Origin: Rickettsiales bacterium
GTDB taxonomy: Bacteria; Pseudomonadota; Alphaproteobacteria; Rickettsiales; SXRF01
Length of the DNA: 64,000 nucleotides
Assembly (NCBI GenBank): GCA_021299465.1
Contig: JAJTHB010000022.1
Span: forward strand, 25,256 to 89,255
Reading direction: 5' to 3'
The stretch's first letter is position 1; each line of letters begins with the position of its first letter. The position numbers and the translations under genes were made by a program. Below the pieces are notes generated by a model, which was not told the DNA's origin, did not search any database, and was given only the letters and a program-made list of their open reading frames with translations. Shown here in pieces: positions 25,356-33,732 of this stretch.

Positions 25356-26573
25356 ATGCAGGAGCATTTTCACCGTATTGGATTGTTGCCGCCTTACGTG
25401 TTTGCTGAAGTCAACAAGATGAAGGCCGCCGCGCGGGCGAAGGGTCATGACATCATTGATTTTGGCATGGGTAATCCCGACTCGATTCCGCCCAAGCATG
25501 TCACCGACAAGCTGGTCGAAACGCTGAAAGACCCGAAATTCAGCCGCTATTCGCTTTCGCGCGGCATTTATGGCTTAAGGAAAGCACAGGCTGCTTATTA
25601 CCAGCGGCGTTTTGGTGTGGAGCTTGATCCGGATTCGGAGATGGTGGTCACCATCGGCTCCAAGGAAGGCCTCGCCAATCTCGCGCAGGCGATCACTGGC
25701 CCGGGTGATTCGTTCATCGTACCGGATCCATCCTACCCGATCCATGTCTGGGGTTTCGTGATTGCCGGCGCGCAGATCATTTCGATACCGAACCAAACGG
25801 GGCCAGAGTTTTTTGAATCGCTCAAAAAAGCCATCGAATCCGCGCCGAAAAAACCGGTCGCGCTGATTGTCAATTTCCCCTGCAACCCGACCGCGTTTAC
25901 GGTCGATTTATCGTTTTATGAACAAGTGATCGATATCTGCCGCCATTACGGCATTTACGTGATCTCTGACCTTGCTTACTGCGAAATTTATTTTGACGGC
26001 AAGCCGCCGCCTTCAATCCTGCAGGTGAAGGGCGCGAAAGATATTGCGGTGGAGTTTACCACCGTTTCTAAAAGCTACTCGATGGCGGGCTGGCGTATCG
26101 GGTTTTGTGTCGGCAATAAAACGCTAGTGGCGGCGCTCACCAAAATCAAATCTTACCTTGATTACGGCACGTTTCTGCCGGTGCAGGTGGCCGCTGCCGC
26201 GGCGCTCGGCGGCCCGCAGGATTATGTGGTGGAGATGCGAAAGCTCTATAAAGAGCGCCGCGATGTACTCGCTGAAGGCTTGATTGACGCCGGGTGGGAA
26301 GGCCTTGTCGTGCCCGATGCGTCGATGTTTTTCTGGGCGCCGATTCCGAAGGCTTACGCCCATCTCGGCTGCCTTGAATTTTCCAAGCTGCTTTTATCGA
26401 AAGCCGATGTGGCGGTGGCGCCGGGCATCGGCTTTGGCGCCGGCGGCGAAGGGTTTGTGCGCATCGCGCTCGTGGAAAACAAGCACCGCATCCGCCAGGC
26501 CGTGCGCGGCATTAAATCCTTCCTTGCTGAAGACCCGGGGCATAATCTTAAGGCAGTAAATAAAGCCGTTTAG
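25356..26573 (+). CDS. class I/II PLP-dependent aminotransferase
   Basis: ATG 25356 is preferred over GTG 25347. The PLP-lysine context is SKSYSMAGWRIGF. It also has NPTA and a C-terminal RIAL motif. Confidence 0.85.
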   Translation: MQEHFHRIGLLPPYVFAEVNKMKAAARAKGHDIIDFGMGNPDSIPPKHVTDKLVETLKDPKFSRYSLSRGIYGLRKAQAAYYQRRFGVELDPDSEMVVTIGSKEGLANLAQAITGPGDSFIVPDPSYPIHVWGFVIAGAQIISIPNQTGPEFFESLKKAIESAPKKPVALIVNFPCNPTAFTVDLSFYEQVIDICRHYGIYVISDLAYCEIYFDGKPPPSILQVKGAKDIAVEFTTVSKSYSMAGWRIGFCVGNKTLVAALTKIKSYLDYGTFLPVQVAAAAALGGPQDYVVEMRKLYKERRDVLAEGLIDAGWEGLVVPDASMFFWAPIPKAYAHLGCLEFSKLLLSKADVAVAPGIGFGAGGEGFVRIALVENKHRIRQAVRGIKSFLAEDPGHNLKAVNKAV

Positions 26574-26621
26574 CCTTGTTTTAAAGGCGTTCTCATGCTA
26601 TGATGTATGTGAGAGGTGTAT

Positions 26622-26900
26622 ATGGACACGCACATGGAACGCACACAAATTTATTTGCCTAAGCAGCTTAAAATCGAGCTGCACACGATTGCAGCAGTAG
26701 AGCAAAGCAACTTAAGTGAGTTATTGCGGCAAGCCGGTCAAAAGCTGGTGGAAGAGCATAAAAAGCAAAAGCGCAGTAAAGATAAAGAATTTAAGCGCGC
26801 GCTTGATCGCTGCTTTGGGATTTGGAAGGATCGCGATCCCAAGGAATTTGAGGAAATCCGCCGCAGCGCCGATAGAAAGTTTCCCGGATGGAACGATTAG
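26622..26900 (+). CDS. vapB: ribbon-helix-helix antitoxin (VapB-like)
   Basis: ATG 26622 follows a GAGAGG SD. The N-terminal segment is ERTQIYLPKQLKIELHTIAAVEQSNLSELLRQA (RHH-type). It overlaps the PIN gene by 13 nt. Confidence 0.75.
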   Translation: MDTHMERTQIYLPKQLKIELHTIAAVEQSNLSELLRQAGQKLVEEHKKQKRSKDKEFKRALDRCFGIWKDRDPKEFEEIRRSADRKFPGWND

Positions 26901-27271
26901 TTCTGGATGCCGATGTGTTCATCGATATGCTGCGAGGACACCGTCCTGCGTATGATTTTATTTTGCAGCATCAAGAACGATTGATTCTTTCGGTCACGAC
27001 TCTTACGGAGGTGCTTGCTGGGTTCAAATCAAAGGCGGAGGAATCGGCGATTATCGGGACGGCGAGTCTGCTTCAAAAAGTGCCGCTTACCGAAGCCATG
27101 GCGATGCGCGCCGGCTATTTAAAACAGGCTTATTATAAAGCGCACGGTTGCGGCATCATTGATTGCATGGTGGCCGCGACAGCAGAAGCGCTGGATGCCA
27201 GCATCGTAACCCTCAACAAAAAACACTACCCGATGCTGAAAGGCAAGGTGGTGGTGCCGTATAAAAAATGA
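26888..27271 (+). CDS. vapC: PIN-domain toxin (VapC-like)
   Basis: 127 aa with an N-terminal LVLDADVFID acidic motif and an internal IDCMVAATA motif. It is coupled to the upstream RHH gene. Confidence 0.8.
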   Translation: MERLVLDADVFIDMLRGHRPAYDFILQHQERLILSVTTLTEVLAGFKSKAEESAIIGTASLLQKVPLTEAMAMRAGYLKQAYYKAHGCGIIDCMVAATAEALDASIVTLNKKHYPMLKGKVVVPYKK

Positions 27272-27274
27272 AAC

Positions 27275-27592
27275 TCAGGTTACGTCACGCGCAGAAACCA
27301 CGGAGGACATGTAGGAGTCAGCAAGCGGTTTAAGTCCAGGACTTTCCAAACTAATATAGTGATTGACCGCCATCCTTGCATATGAAGCTGCGTCTTTTTG
27401 CCCTCTGATGATGTGCTCACGCGCGGAGAAAGACAAGTTTTCTGGTAAAGGCTGTTGGTTAAAAGTGCTGACTTCCAGAAATACCTTTAGAAGTCGCTCC
27501 AATTCTTCTGGGACAATAACATGTCCGGGAACTTTGAGGGCTGCTTGCTGCAAGAGTGTGTCGTGTTTTTCTTTGTCAAATACCAAAGCCAT
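27275..27592 (-). CDS. hypothetical protein (orphan)
   Basis: 105-aa ORF that ends 3 nt from the vapC stop. It is preceded by the conserved promoter-like motif at 27626-27657. Confidence 0.55.
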   Translation of the reverse strand: MALVFDKEKHDTLLQQAALKVPGHVIVPEELERLLKVFLEVSTFNQQPLPENLSFSAREHIIRGQKDAASYARMAVNHYISLESPGLKPLADSYMSSVVSARDVT

Positions 27593-27625
27593 ATATCATG
27601 CTCATTCATTTAATAAAACTAACGC

Positions 27626-27657
27626 ATCTTAACAAATGGAGGGGGGTAAGCAAGCGG
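27626..27657 (-). promoter_or_regulatory. conserved promoter-like motif (copy 1)
   Basis: The minus-strand sense reads CCGCTTGCTTACCCCCCTCCATTTGTTAAGAT. This gives TTGCTT, a 16-nt spacer, and an extended -10 TGTTAAGAT, about 33 nt upstream of ATG 27592. A near-identical copy is at 50747-50778. Confidence 0.45.
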
Positions 27658-27776
27658 CGTTTGATGACATTACCATGACGATGCCCTCAAATTCAGTAGA
27701 TTATGGCGAAACAGTGGGTTAAAAGGGCGGGATGATAGAAAAAACTACTAATTTTCCGCTTTGCATACATTTTTAT

Positions 27777-27845
27777 TGTCATGCCGCACTTGTTGCGGCA
27801 TCTGGTTATTATTGCGCCAGACCCCGCAATAAATGCGGGGTGACA
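27777..27845. repeat. GTCATGC-type double hairpin element
   Basis: It reads TGTCATGCCGCA-CTTG-TTGCGGCAT then CCCCGCA-ATAAA-TGCGGGGTGACA. It abuts the hom start. Confidence 0.65.
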
Positions 27846-27847
27846 GC

Positions 27848-29194
27848 ATGAATAATTCCCTTCGCATCGGCATCGCAGGGCTTGGCACGGTTGGCGGCGG
27901 GGCGCTGAAGATTCTGCTTGGCCAGCCGCAGCTGCTGGCGGCGCGCGCGGGGCGCAGCCTTCAGGTGGTCGCGGTTTCGGCGCGGGATAAGAAGAAGTAT
28001 GAGCGGCTAGTGGCGGGGATTGGTGCTGATACCCACCCCCTCACCCCACCCCTCTCCCCACAGGGGAGAGGGAGTATCAAGTGGGTGGATAACCCGCTTG
28101 AGCTTGCCTCTGACCCTGACATTGATGTGGTGGTGGAGTGCATTGGTGGCTCGGAAGGCGTAGCAAAGGCGCTCGTGGAGACCGCACTTAAAAACAAGAA
28201 ATCGGTGGTCACCGCCAATAAGGCGCTGATCGCCCATCACGGTGTAGCACTCGCCAAGCTTGCTGAAACAAGCGGTGCGCTGCTGGCATTTGAAGCGGCG
28301 GTGGCGGGCGGCATCCCCATTATCAAGGGCCTGCGCGATGGCTTGGCCGCAAACCGTTTCACCCGTATTGCCGGAATCTTAAACGGCACCTGCAACTACA
28401 TTCTCACTACCATGTGGCATGAAAAGCGTGACTTTGCTGATGTGCTGGCCGAGGCGCAGGCGAAAGGCTACGCCGAGGCAGATCCAAGTTTTGATATTGA
28501 TGGCGTGGACGCGGCGCACAAGCTTGCGATCCTGGGAAGCCTTGCTTACGGGATAGCGCCAGCGATTGATAAGGTGAGTATCGAAGGCATTCGCCGCGTG
28601 ACGCTGGCCGACATGCAGTTTGCCGATGAGCTTGGTTATGTCATTAAGCTGCTGGGTATTGCCGGCGAAAGTATGGAAGGTGTGCTGATGCGCGTGCATC
28701 CGTGTTTGGTGGCCAAGGGCACGCAACTTGCGGCAGTGGGCGGCGCGTTTAATGCAGTGCTGGTGGAAGGTGATAGCGTTGGCACGGTGCTGTTTGAAGG
28801 GCGCGGCGCAGGCGAGGGACCAACGGCATCGTCGGTGGTAGCGGATATTATGGATATTGCGCGCGGTGTTTCTTACAAGCCGTTTACGCTGCCTGCCGCC
28901 AAGCTTGCCAGCGGCAAATTTGCCGAGCTTTCCGGTTTTAGTTGTTCGTATTATCTGCGCCTCAGTGTGATCGATCAGCCGGGCGTGCTCGCCGATGTGA
29001 CCGCTATTTTCAAAAAAGAAGGCATCTCGATGCGCTCGGTGATCCAGCATTCGCATAGTCCGGGCGAAATGGTGCAGGTGGTCATTACCACCCATGCCAC
29101 GCAGGAAGCAGCAATGGAGCGCGCGCTGGCCGCCATTGCCAAACTGCCATTTATGAAAGAAGCGCCGTTTAGAATCAGGATTGAGGGATTTTGA
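27848..29194 (+). CDS. hom: homoserine dehydrogenase
   Basis: ATG 27848 (MNNSLRIGIAGLGTVGGG) is preferred over 27833, which lies inside the hairpin element. It has a C-terminal ACT-like domain. Confidence 0.9.
   Translation: MNNSLRIGIAGLGTVGGGALKILLGQPQLLAARAGRSLQVVAVSARDKKKYERLVAGIGADTHPLTPPLSPQGRGSIKWVDNPLELASDPDIDVVVECIGGSEGVAKALVETALKNKKSVVTANKALIAHHGVALAKLAETSGALLAFEAAVAGGIPIIKGLRDGLAANRFTRIAGILNGTCNYILTTMWHEKRDFADVLAEAQAKGYAEADPSFDIDGVDAAHKLAILGSLAYGIAPAIDKVSIEGIRRVTLADMQFADELGYVIKLLGIAGESMEGVLMRVHPCLVAKGTQLAAVGGAFNAVLVEGDSVGTVLFEGRGAGEGPTASSVVADIMDIARGVSYKPFTLPAAKLASGKFAELSGFSCSYYLRLSVIDQPGVLADVTAIFKKEGISMRSVIQHSHSPGEMVQVVITTHATQEAAMERALAAIAKLPFMKEAPFRIRIEGF
28031..28075. repeat. C-rich heptamers plus CCCTCTCCCC/GGGGAGAGGG palindrome inside hom
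   Basis: The core palindrome is 28050-28059 / 28063-28072. It is translated in frame as HPLTPPLSPQGRGS. The same core is found at 50105-50127. Confidence 0.8.
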
Positions 29195-29195
29195 T

Positions 29196-30212
29196 ATGAA
29201 AACTACAACCAAAAAGAAACCAGCTCCCGCAGCCAAAACCGCTTTCTGGAGTGATCGTAACTTTGCACTTGAAGCCGTGCGCGTGACCGAAGCCGCTGCT
29301 CTGGCCTGCTCACGGCTCATGGGACGTGGCGATGAAAAAGCCGCCGACCAGGCCGCGGTGAATGCGATGCGCGAGGCGCTGAATTCGCTGTCGATCGACG
29401 GTACCGTAGTGATCGGCGAAGGCGAGCGCGACAAAGCGCCGATGCTCTATATCGGAGAAAAAGTGGGCAGTAGCTTTGGCCCATCGGTGGATATTGCGCT
29501 CGATCCGCTCGAGGGCACGACCATTTGTGCCAAGGGTGGCGTCAATGCGATGGCAGTGGTAGCCATGGCGGAAAAAGGTGGCTTCCTGCATGCGCCGGAT
29601 GTCTATATGAACAAAATCGCGGTTGGGCATGGTTTGCCAGATGGCGTGGTGGATCTGGATGATAGCATTGCAACCAACTTAAAGCGTCTTGCAAAAGCCA
29701 AGAAATGCGACGTGGCGGATCTGGTCGTGTGTATTTTAGAACGCGACCGCCACAAAGAGCTGATCGCTAAAACCCGTGAAGCTGGTGCGCGTATTCAGTT
29801 GATTCTTGATGGCGATGTCGCTGGTGTCATCGCCGCGTCGATGCCCGATACTGGTGTTGATTTATATGCCGGCATTGGCGGCGCTCCGGAAGGTGTGCTG
29901 GCGGCGGCGGCGCTGCGCTCGATTGGTGGGCAGATGCAGGGGCGACTGCTCTTTAAAACGGCAGAGGAAAAGAGCCGTGCCAAGCGTATGGGCATCAGTG
30001 ATCTGAACAAGGTCTACGCTTTAGAAGAACTGGCAAAAGGTGATGTGATGTTCGCCGCAACCGGTGTTACCGATGGCTCGATGCTAAAGGGTGTGCGTCG
30101 CTATCCGGGTGGGGCGATGACGCACTCGATCGTGATGCGATCAAAAACCGGTACGGTGCGTATGGTAGAGGCGCACCATAACTTCACCCGCAAGACCTGG
30201 GGCGACGTTTAA
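29196..30212 (+). CDS. glpX: class II fructose-1,6-bisphosphatase
   Basis: The ATG is 1 nt after the hom stop. It has ALEAVRVTEAAALA and the metal-site region DPLEGT. Confidence 0.9.
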   Translation: MKTTTKKKPAPAAKTAFWSDRNFALEAVRVTEAAALACSRLMGRGDEKAADQAAVNAMREALNSLSIDGTVVIGEGERDKAPMLYIGEKVGSSFGPSVDIALDPLEGTTICAKGGVNAMAVVAMAEKGGFLHAPDVYMNKIAVGHGLPDGVVDLDDSIATNLKRLAKAKKCDVADLVVCILERDRHKELIAKTREAGARIQLILDGDVAGVIAASMPDTGVDLYAGIGGAPEGVLAAAALRSIGGQMQGRLLFKTAEEKSRAKRMGISDLNKVYALEELAKGDVMFAATGVTDGSMLKGVRRYPGGAMTHSIVMRSKTGTVRMVEAHHNFTRKTWGDV

Positions 30213-30216
30213 TAGA

Positions 30217-30334
30217 ACTCTACTCCAGCTTCAAATCTGCTTGCGATGAAGCCTCCCTCGGAAATGTCGTGTACTTTCATGTACACTCATTTCCTCGGAC
30301 TCCATCGCTTCGCGCTTTTTTGCTGGAGCGAGTT
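30217..30334 (+). repeat. long-hairpin element, copy E4
   Basis: It starts 4 nt after the glpX stop. The layout matches E2, but the stems are CTCCAGC/GCTGGAG and GGAAATG/CATTTCC (compensatory changes). Confidence 0.85.
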
Positions 30335-30452
30335 CCTGATCTAGTCCGATAGAATTAATGGATCAGTCAGCCTTGCTATGCGCTTAGCTCAAGCTAGCGA
30401 GTTTACTGAGCTCAATCAGCATCTGCCGCAGCCTAGCGAAATTAAATAGAGA

Positions 30453-31493
30453 TTATGGTTTTTTGCTTTTCGGCTTCTGGATGATCACCGAATACCAGCC
30501 GAGGCCATTATATTCCTGATAGCCGATGGTCTTCGCAAAGGCGACGAGCTCGCCATTGTCAGTGAAGTAATGGCCTTTTTGCTTACCATTACTTTTGAGC
30601 GCAAACGGCAGCAGAATATCATTGCCATCGGACGATGCGATTACCCGCATACCGGCATCAAGCAGTAATACACGCGTGCGCTGCCATTCTTCTTGCGAGA
30701 GTGATGGCTCCACCTGCACGATCACCCGCGCCTGTTCTTCCCAATCAAAATTGACCCCCAAGGTGCCTAGAATTTTGCCATCGACCTTGCCGCCTTCGCG
30801 CACAGCGGTGGCATAGATGCAGGCGAGCTTATTATCGTGGATGCTATCGCGGAAAATATCATCGACCACATACTGGTCACCGCTATTCGTAGCGAGAGAT
30901 TTTTTGACCCAGGGCAGATCCGAAGCATCTGCGCCGATGCAGCGGTGAAATTTGGATGGCTGCGAGCAGGCGATGACATTGCCGCTAGTATCGGTGAGGA
31001 TCAAATTCGAATAAACCGAATAAAAGCGATTAATAAGGCCAAGGCGCTCAATCGCGAAATCAATGTCTTTCTTTTCCAGCGTCTGAAGCGCTTGATACAG
31101 TGAGGTATCGGTTGCCCACCAGCGCACATCGGCGGTGCGTTCGTAGAGGTTGCGTACAATCAGCTGCACCAGCGTTTGCGCCATTTCCGAGAGGCGGCCA
31201 TATTCTTTTTCTTCAAATTGCTGTTCCAATTCATGGGTTTCTTCGCGGATTTTAGCAAGCGCGACGGTGCGTAGCTCCTTGGAATTTTCAGCGGCTTGCT
31301 TGGCAAGGTTTTTCACTTCGGCGGCAACCACGGAAAAACCGCGACCAGCCTCGCCAGCTCGCGCAGCTTCGATAGTAGCGTTCAGTGCCAGCAGGTTGGT
31401 TTGGGTTGCTATTTTTTCGTTGGCATTGGCAAAAGCCGCCACGCGATGTTCGATGTTCCCAATAATGGTCTTAATATCTAGCTGAACCGACAT
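30453..31493 (-). CDS. soluble MCP-signalling-tip protein with C-terminal Cache/PAS-like sensor region
   Basis: 346 aa with no TM helix. The N-terminal [33 protein letters not shown] is the conserved MCP hairpin tip. The C-terminal half resembles a ligand-binding alpha/beta domain. Confidence 0.75.
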   Translation of the reverse strand: MSVQLDIKTIIGNIEHRVAAFANANEKIATQTNLLALNATIEAARAGEAGRGFSVVAAEVKNLAKQAAENSKELRTVALAKIREETHELEQQFEEKEYGRLSEMAQTLVQLIVRNLYERTADVRWWATDTSLYQALQTLEKKDIDFAIERLGLINRFYSVYSNLILTDTSGNVIACSQPSKFHRCIGADASDLPWVKKSLATNSGDQYVVDDIFRDSIHDNKLACIYATAVREGGKVDGKILGTLGVNFDWEEQARVIVQVEPSLSQEEWQRTRVLLLDAGMRVIASSDGNDILLPFALKSNGKQKGHYFTDNGELVAFAKTIGYQEYNGLGWYSVIIQKPKSKKP

Positions 31494-31603
31494 ATCCTAC
31501 CTGATCTATCTGTGTCTTATTCTATACCATAAGAATTGATGAATCCTTAACAAGAAAAAGGGCGATGTGATGACTCACACCGCCCAGTCTAATTTAGAGG
31601 TTG

Positions 31604-32932
31604 TTAGCTGTAGCTGCGGCGATCATGGAAGCGCGCTGCTTCACCATGCACCGAAGTATCCAGACCCGCTGTTTCATCTTTCTGCGACACGCGGATTGGC
31701 GTGATGACACCCACGAGCTTGATCAGTATGTAGGTGACAATCGCGGTATAGACACACACCGCGACCACCGCTACGATATTCGCGATGAAGAGCTTGGTTT
31801 CGCCGCTGATCAAAACGCCCTGAACGCTCACCGCCGGATTGATGGTAGAGCTTGCGAACATACCGGTCATGATGGCACCCAAGATGCCGCCCATGCCGTG
31901 GCAGGCGAAGACATCCAGCGCGTCATCGAGCCGTGTCTGGGTTTTGATGAAGTGAGCAAACAGGTTGCACAGCACACCGGACACCGCGCACATCAGGATC
32001 GCATGGCCGACTGAGACGAAACCAGCCGCTGGTGTGATGGTGACGAGGCCGACCACAAGGCCGATTGCACCGCCCACCGCGCTTGGTTTTTTATGCTTGA
32101 TCCAATCCACCATCATCCAGGCGATGAAGGCGGCGCCGGCGCCAACGAACGTGGTCATGAAGGCATGGGCAGCGAGGTGGCCAGCGACAATCGCCGAACC
32201 GGCGTTAAAGCCGAACCAGCCGAACCACAGAAGCGCTGCGCCAAGCATGATCATCGACACGTCGTTCGGGCGGTTCATTTCCTCGGCATTGATACGCTTG
32301 CCGAACATGAGCGCGGCAACCAGACCCGCGACACCGGCGGTGATATGCACCACAAGGCCACCGGCGAAATCAAGACCGCCATCCGCCATAATCCAGCCGC
32401 CAGGACCCCATACCCAATGTGCGACTGGCACATAGACGGCAAGGCTCCAAAGGGCAAGCATGAACATCCACGCCTTGAAATGCACGCGCTCTGCAATCGC
32501 GCCGGTGATCAGCGCCGGTGTGATCACCGCAAACATCATCTGGAAGGCGATGAATGCGTAATGCGGCACTTTGCTATCGGCACTGTAAAGCTGATTGGAG
32601 AGGCCTTCGAGCATGAAGAAATTTGTGCCGCCGATAATGCCTGGGATCAGTGCGTTATCACCGCTGAAAACAAGGCTGTAACCAATGACAACCCACAAAA
32701 TGCCAACTACGCCAAGTGCGACAAAATTCTGAAGGAGCGTTGAAACAACGTTTTTACGATTCACCATGCCGGCATAGAAAAATGCAAGGCCGGGTGTCAT
32801 CAGCATCACCAGTGCGGCGCACATGAGAAGCCATGCGGTGTTGCCTGAGTCAGGCGCGATAGGCGCGTCCTGCGCAAGCGCAGGCACGGCAGTGGCCAGT
32901 GTCAATAAGCTGGCGATTAGTAGTTTCTTCAT
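31604..32932 (-). CDS. amt: ammonium transporter
   Basis: ATG 32932 (MKKLLIASLLTLATAVPALA signal peptide, GGGAG SD) is preferred over 32962. It has Amt motifs AFFYAGMV and a multi-TM core. Confidence 0.9.
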   Translation of the reverse strand: MKKLLIASLLTLATAVPALAQDAPIAPDSGNTAWLLMCAALVMLMTPGLAFFYAGMVNRKNVVSTLLQNFVALGVVGILWVVIGYSLVFSGDNALIPGIIGGTNFFMLEGLSNQLYSADSKVPHYAFIAFQMMFAVITPALITGAIAERVHFKAWMFMLALWSLAVYVPVAHWVWGPGGWIMADGGLDFAGGLVVHITAGVAGLVAALMFGKRINAEEMNRPNDVSMIMLGAALLWFGWFGFNAGSAIVAGHLAAHAFMTTFVGAGAAFIAWMMVDWIKHKKPSAVGGAIGLVVGLVTITPAAGFVSVGHAILMCAVSGVLCNLFAHFIKTQTRLDDALDVFACHGMGGILGAIMTGMFASSTINPAVSVQGVLISGETKLFIANIVAVVAVCVYTAIVTYILIKLVGVITPIRVSQKDETAGLDTSVHGEAARFHDRRSYS

Positions 32933-32961
32933 GGTTGGTTTGCTCCCTATAATTATTAACA

Positions 32962-32985
32962 CAGCACATAGCTATCTATGTGCTG
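32962..32985. promoter_or_regulatory. perfect 10-bp inverted repeat upstream of amt
   Basis: CAGCACATAG-CTAT-CTATGTGCTG lies 30-53 nt upstream of the amt ATG and about 50 nt downstream of the 33034 gene's stop. Confidence 0.35.
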
Positions 32986-33033
32986 AACAGACACAACCGG
33001 TAGAAGATAAACATTAAATTAGGGTTAATGGAC

Positions 33034-33717
33034 TCAGGAGTCTTTCTGTGGGAAGCTGATCACATTGCTTTCGCGTTTTCCTTCCCAGATATCGGCATAG
33101 TCGCCGAGTAACATGCGGGGCAGCAGCAAATCGCCACCATTAATGCGCTGGGTGTATTCGAGCATCGTTTCGCTTAGGCCTGCTTGTTTGCGAAGCAGAT
33201 CAAGTCGCTCGATATCATCTTCCTCTTCCATTGGCTTGGGCACGAAACAGCCATTGGCCGCCTCGCGGATTTGTGTGCCGAAGCGCTGATGATGGCCTTC
33301 GTTGCATAGAATACGGTCGGTAAGGAAGGCGAGGTAGCCGAGCTTTATTTTTCCAAGGGTGGCAAGCTTTAGCATCAGCTGGTGGCAATGTTTCTGAAAC
33401 TCCAAATCATAATCCGCGTGCAGCACAATCATGAAGGCGGCCGCTTCAGCGTGGTCAGTGTAGCGATCATCCTGCGGCCAACCTTCCCCTTCCACGATGC
33501 TTTTGAGTGCATCACTTTTGGCCTTATGCACGCTTGCCAGAAACATAAGCGAGGAATCCGACCAGCGCGTGGTTAGATGGGGCGGTTCTAATCCTTCGGG
33601 GGTATTAAGCGAGAAAAGTGTAAGAAGGTGAGCGTCGATCAGCATAGCGGTGTTGTAGTGATGGGGTGTTAAGGTGTTTGAAATATAAGGTGATAGAAAT
33701 GTGGAGTATTTCCTCAT
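33034..33717 (-). CDS. hypothetical protein (orphan)
   Basis: 227-aa ORF. An alternative start at internal MLIDAHLL is possible. No motif recognised. Confidence 0.5.
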   Translation of the reverse strand: MRKYSTFLSPYISNTLTPHHYNTAMLIDAHLLTLFSLNTPEGLEPPHLTTRWSDSSLMFLASVHKAKSDALKSIVEGEGWPQDDRYTDHAEAAAFMIVLHADYDLEFQKHCHQLMLKLATLGKIKLGYLAFLTDRILCNEGHHQRFGTQIREAANGCFVPKPMEEEDDIERLDLLRKQAGLSETMLEYTQRINGGDLLLPRMLLGDYADIWEGKRESNVISFPQKDS

Positions 33718-33732
33718 TACTCCATTATCCCA

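Noticed and set aside
28379-29434. A 351-aa minus-strand ORF spanning the hom/glpX junction.
   Set aside because: Both plus-strand genes have unmistakable enzyme motifs. The antisense product is Arg/His-rich nonsense.
30335-30452. A GCTAGCGAGTTT string resembling the right end of the long-hairpin family, possibly a sixth degraded copy.
   Set aside because: Only the terminal 7-9 nt match, and no arm structure is recognisable.
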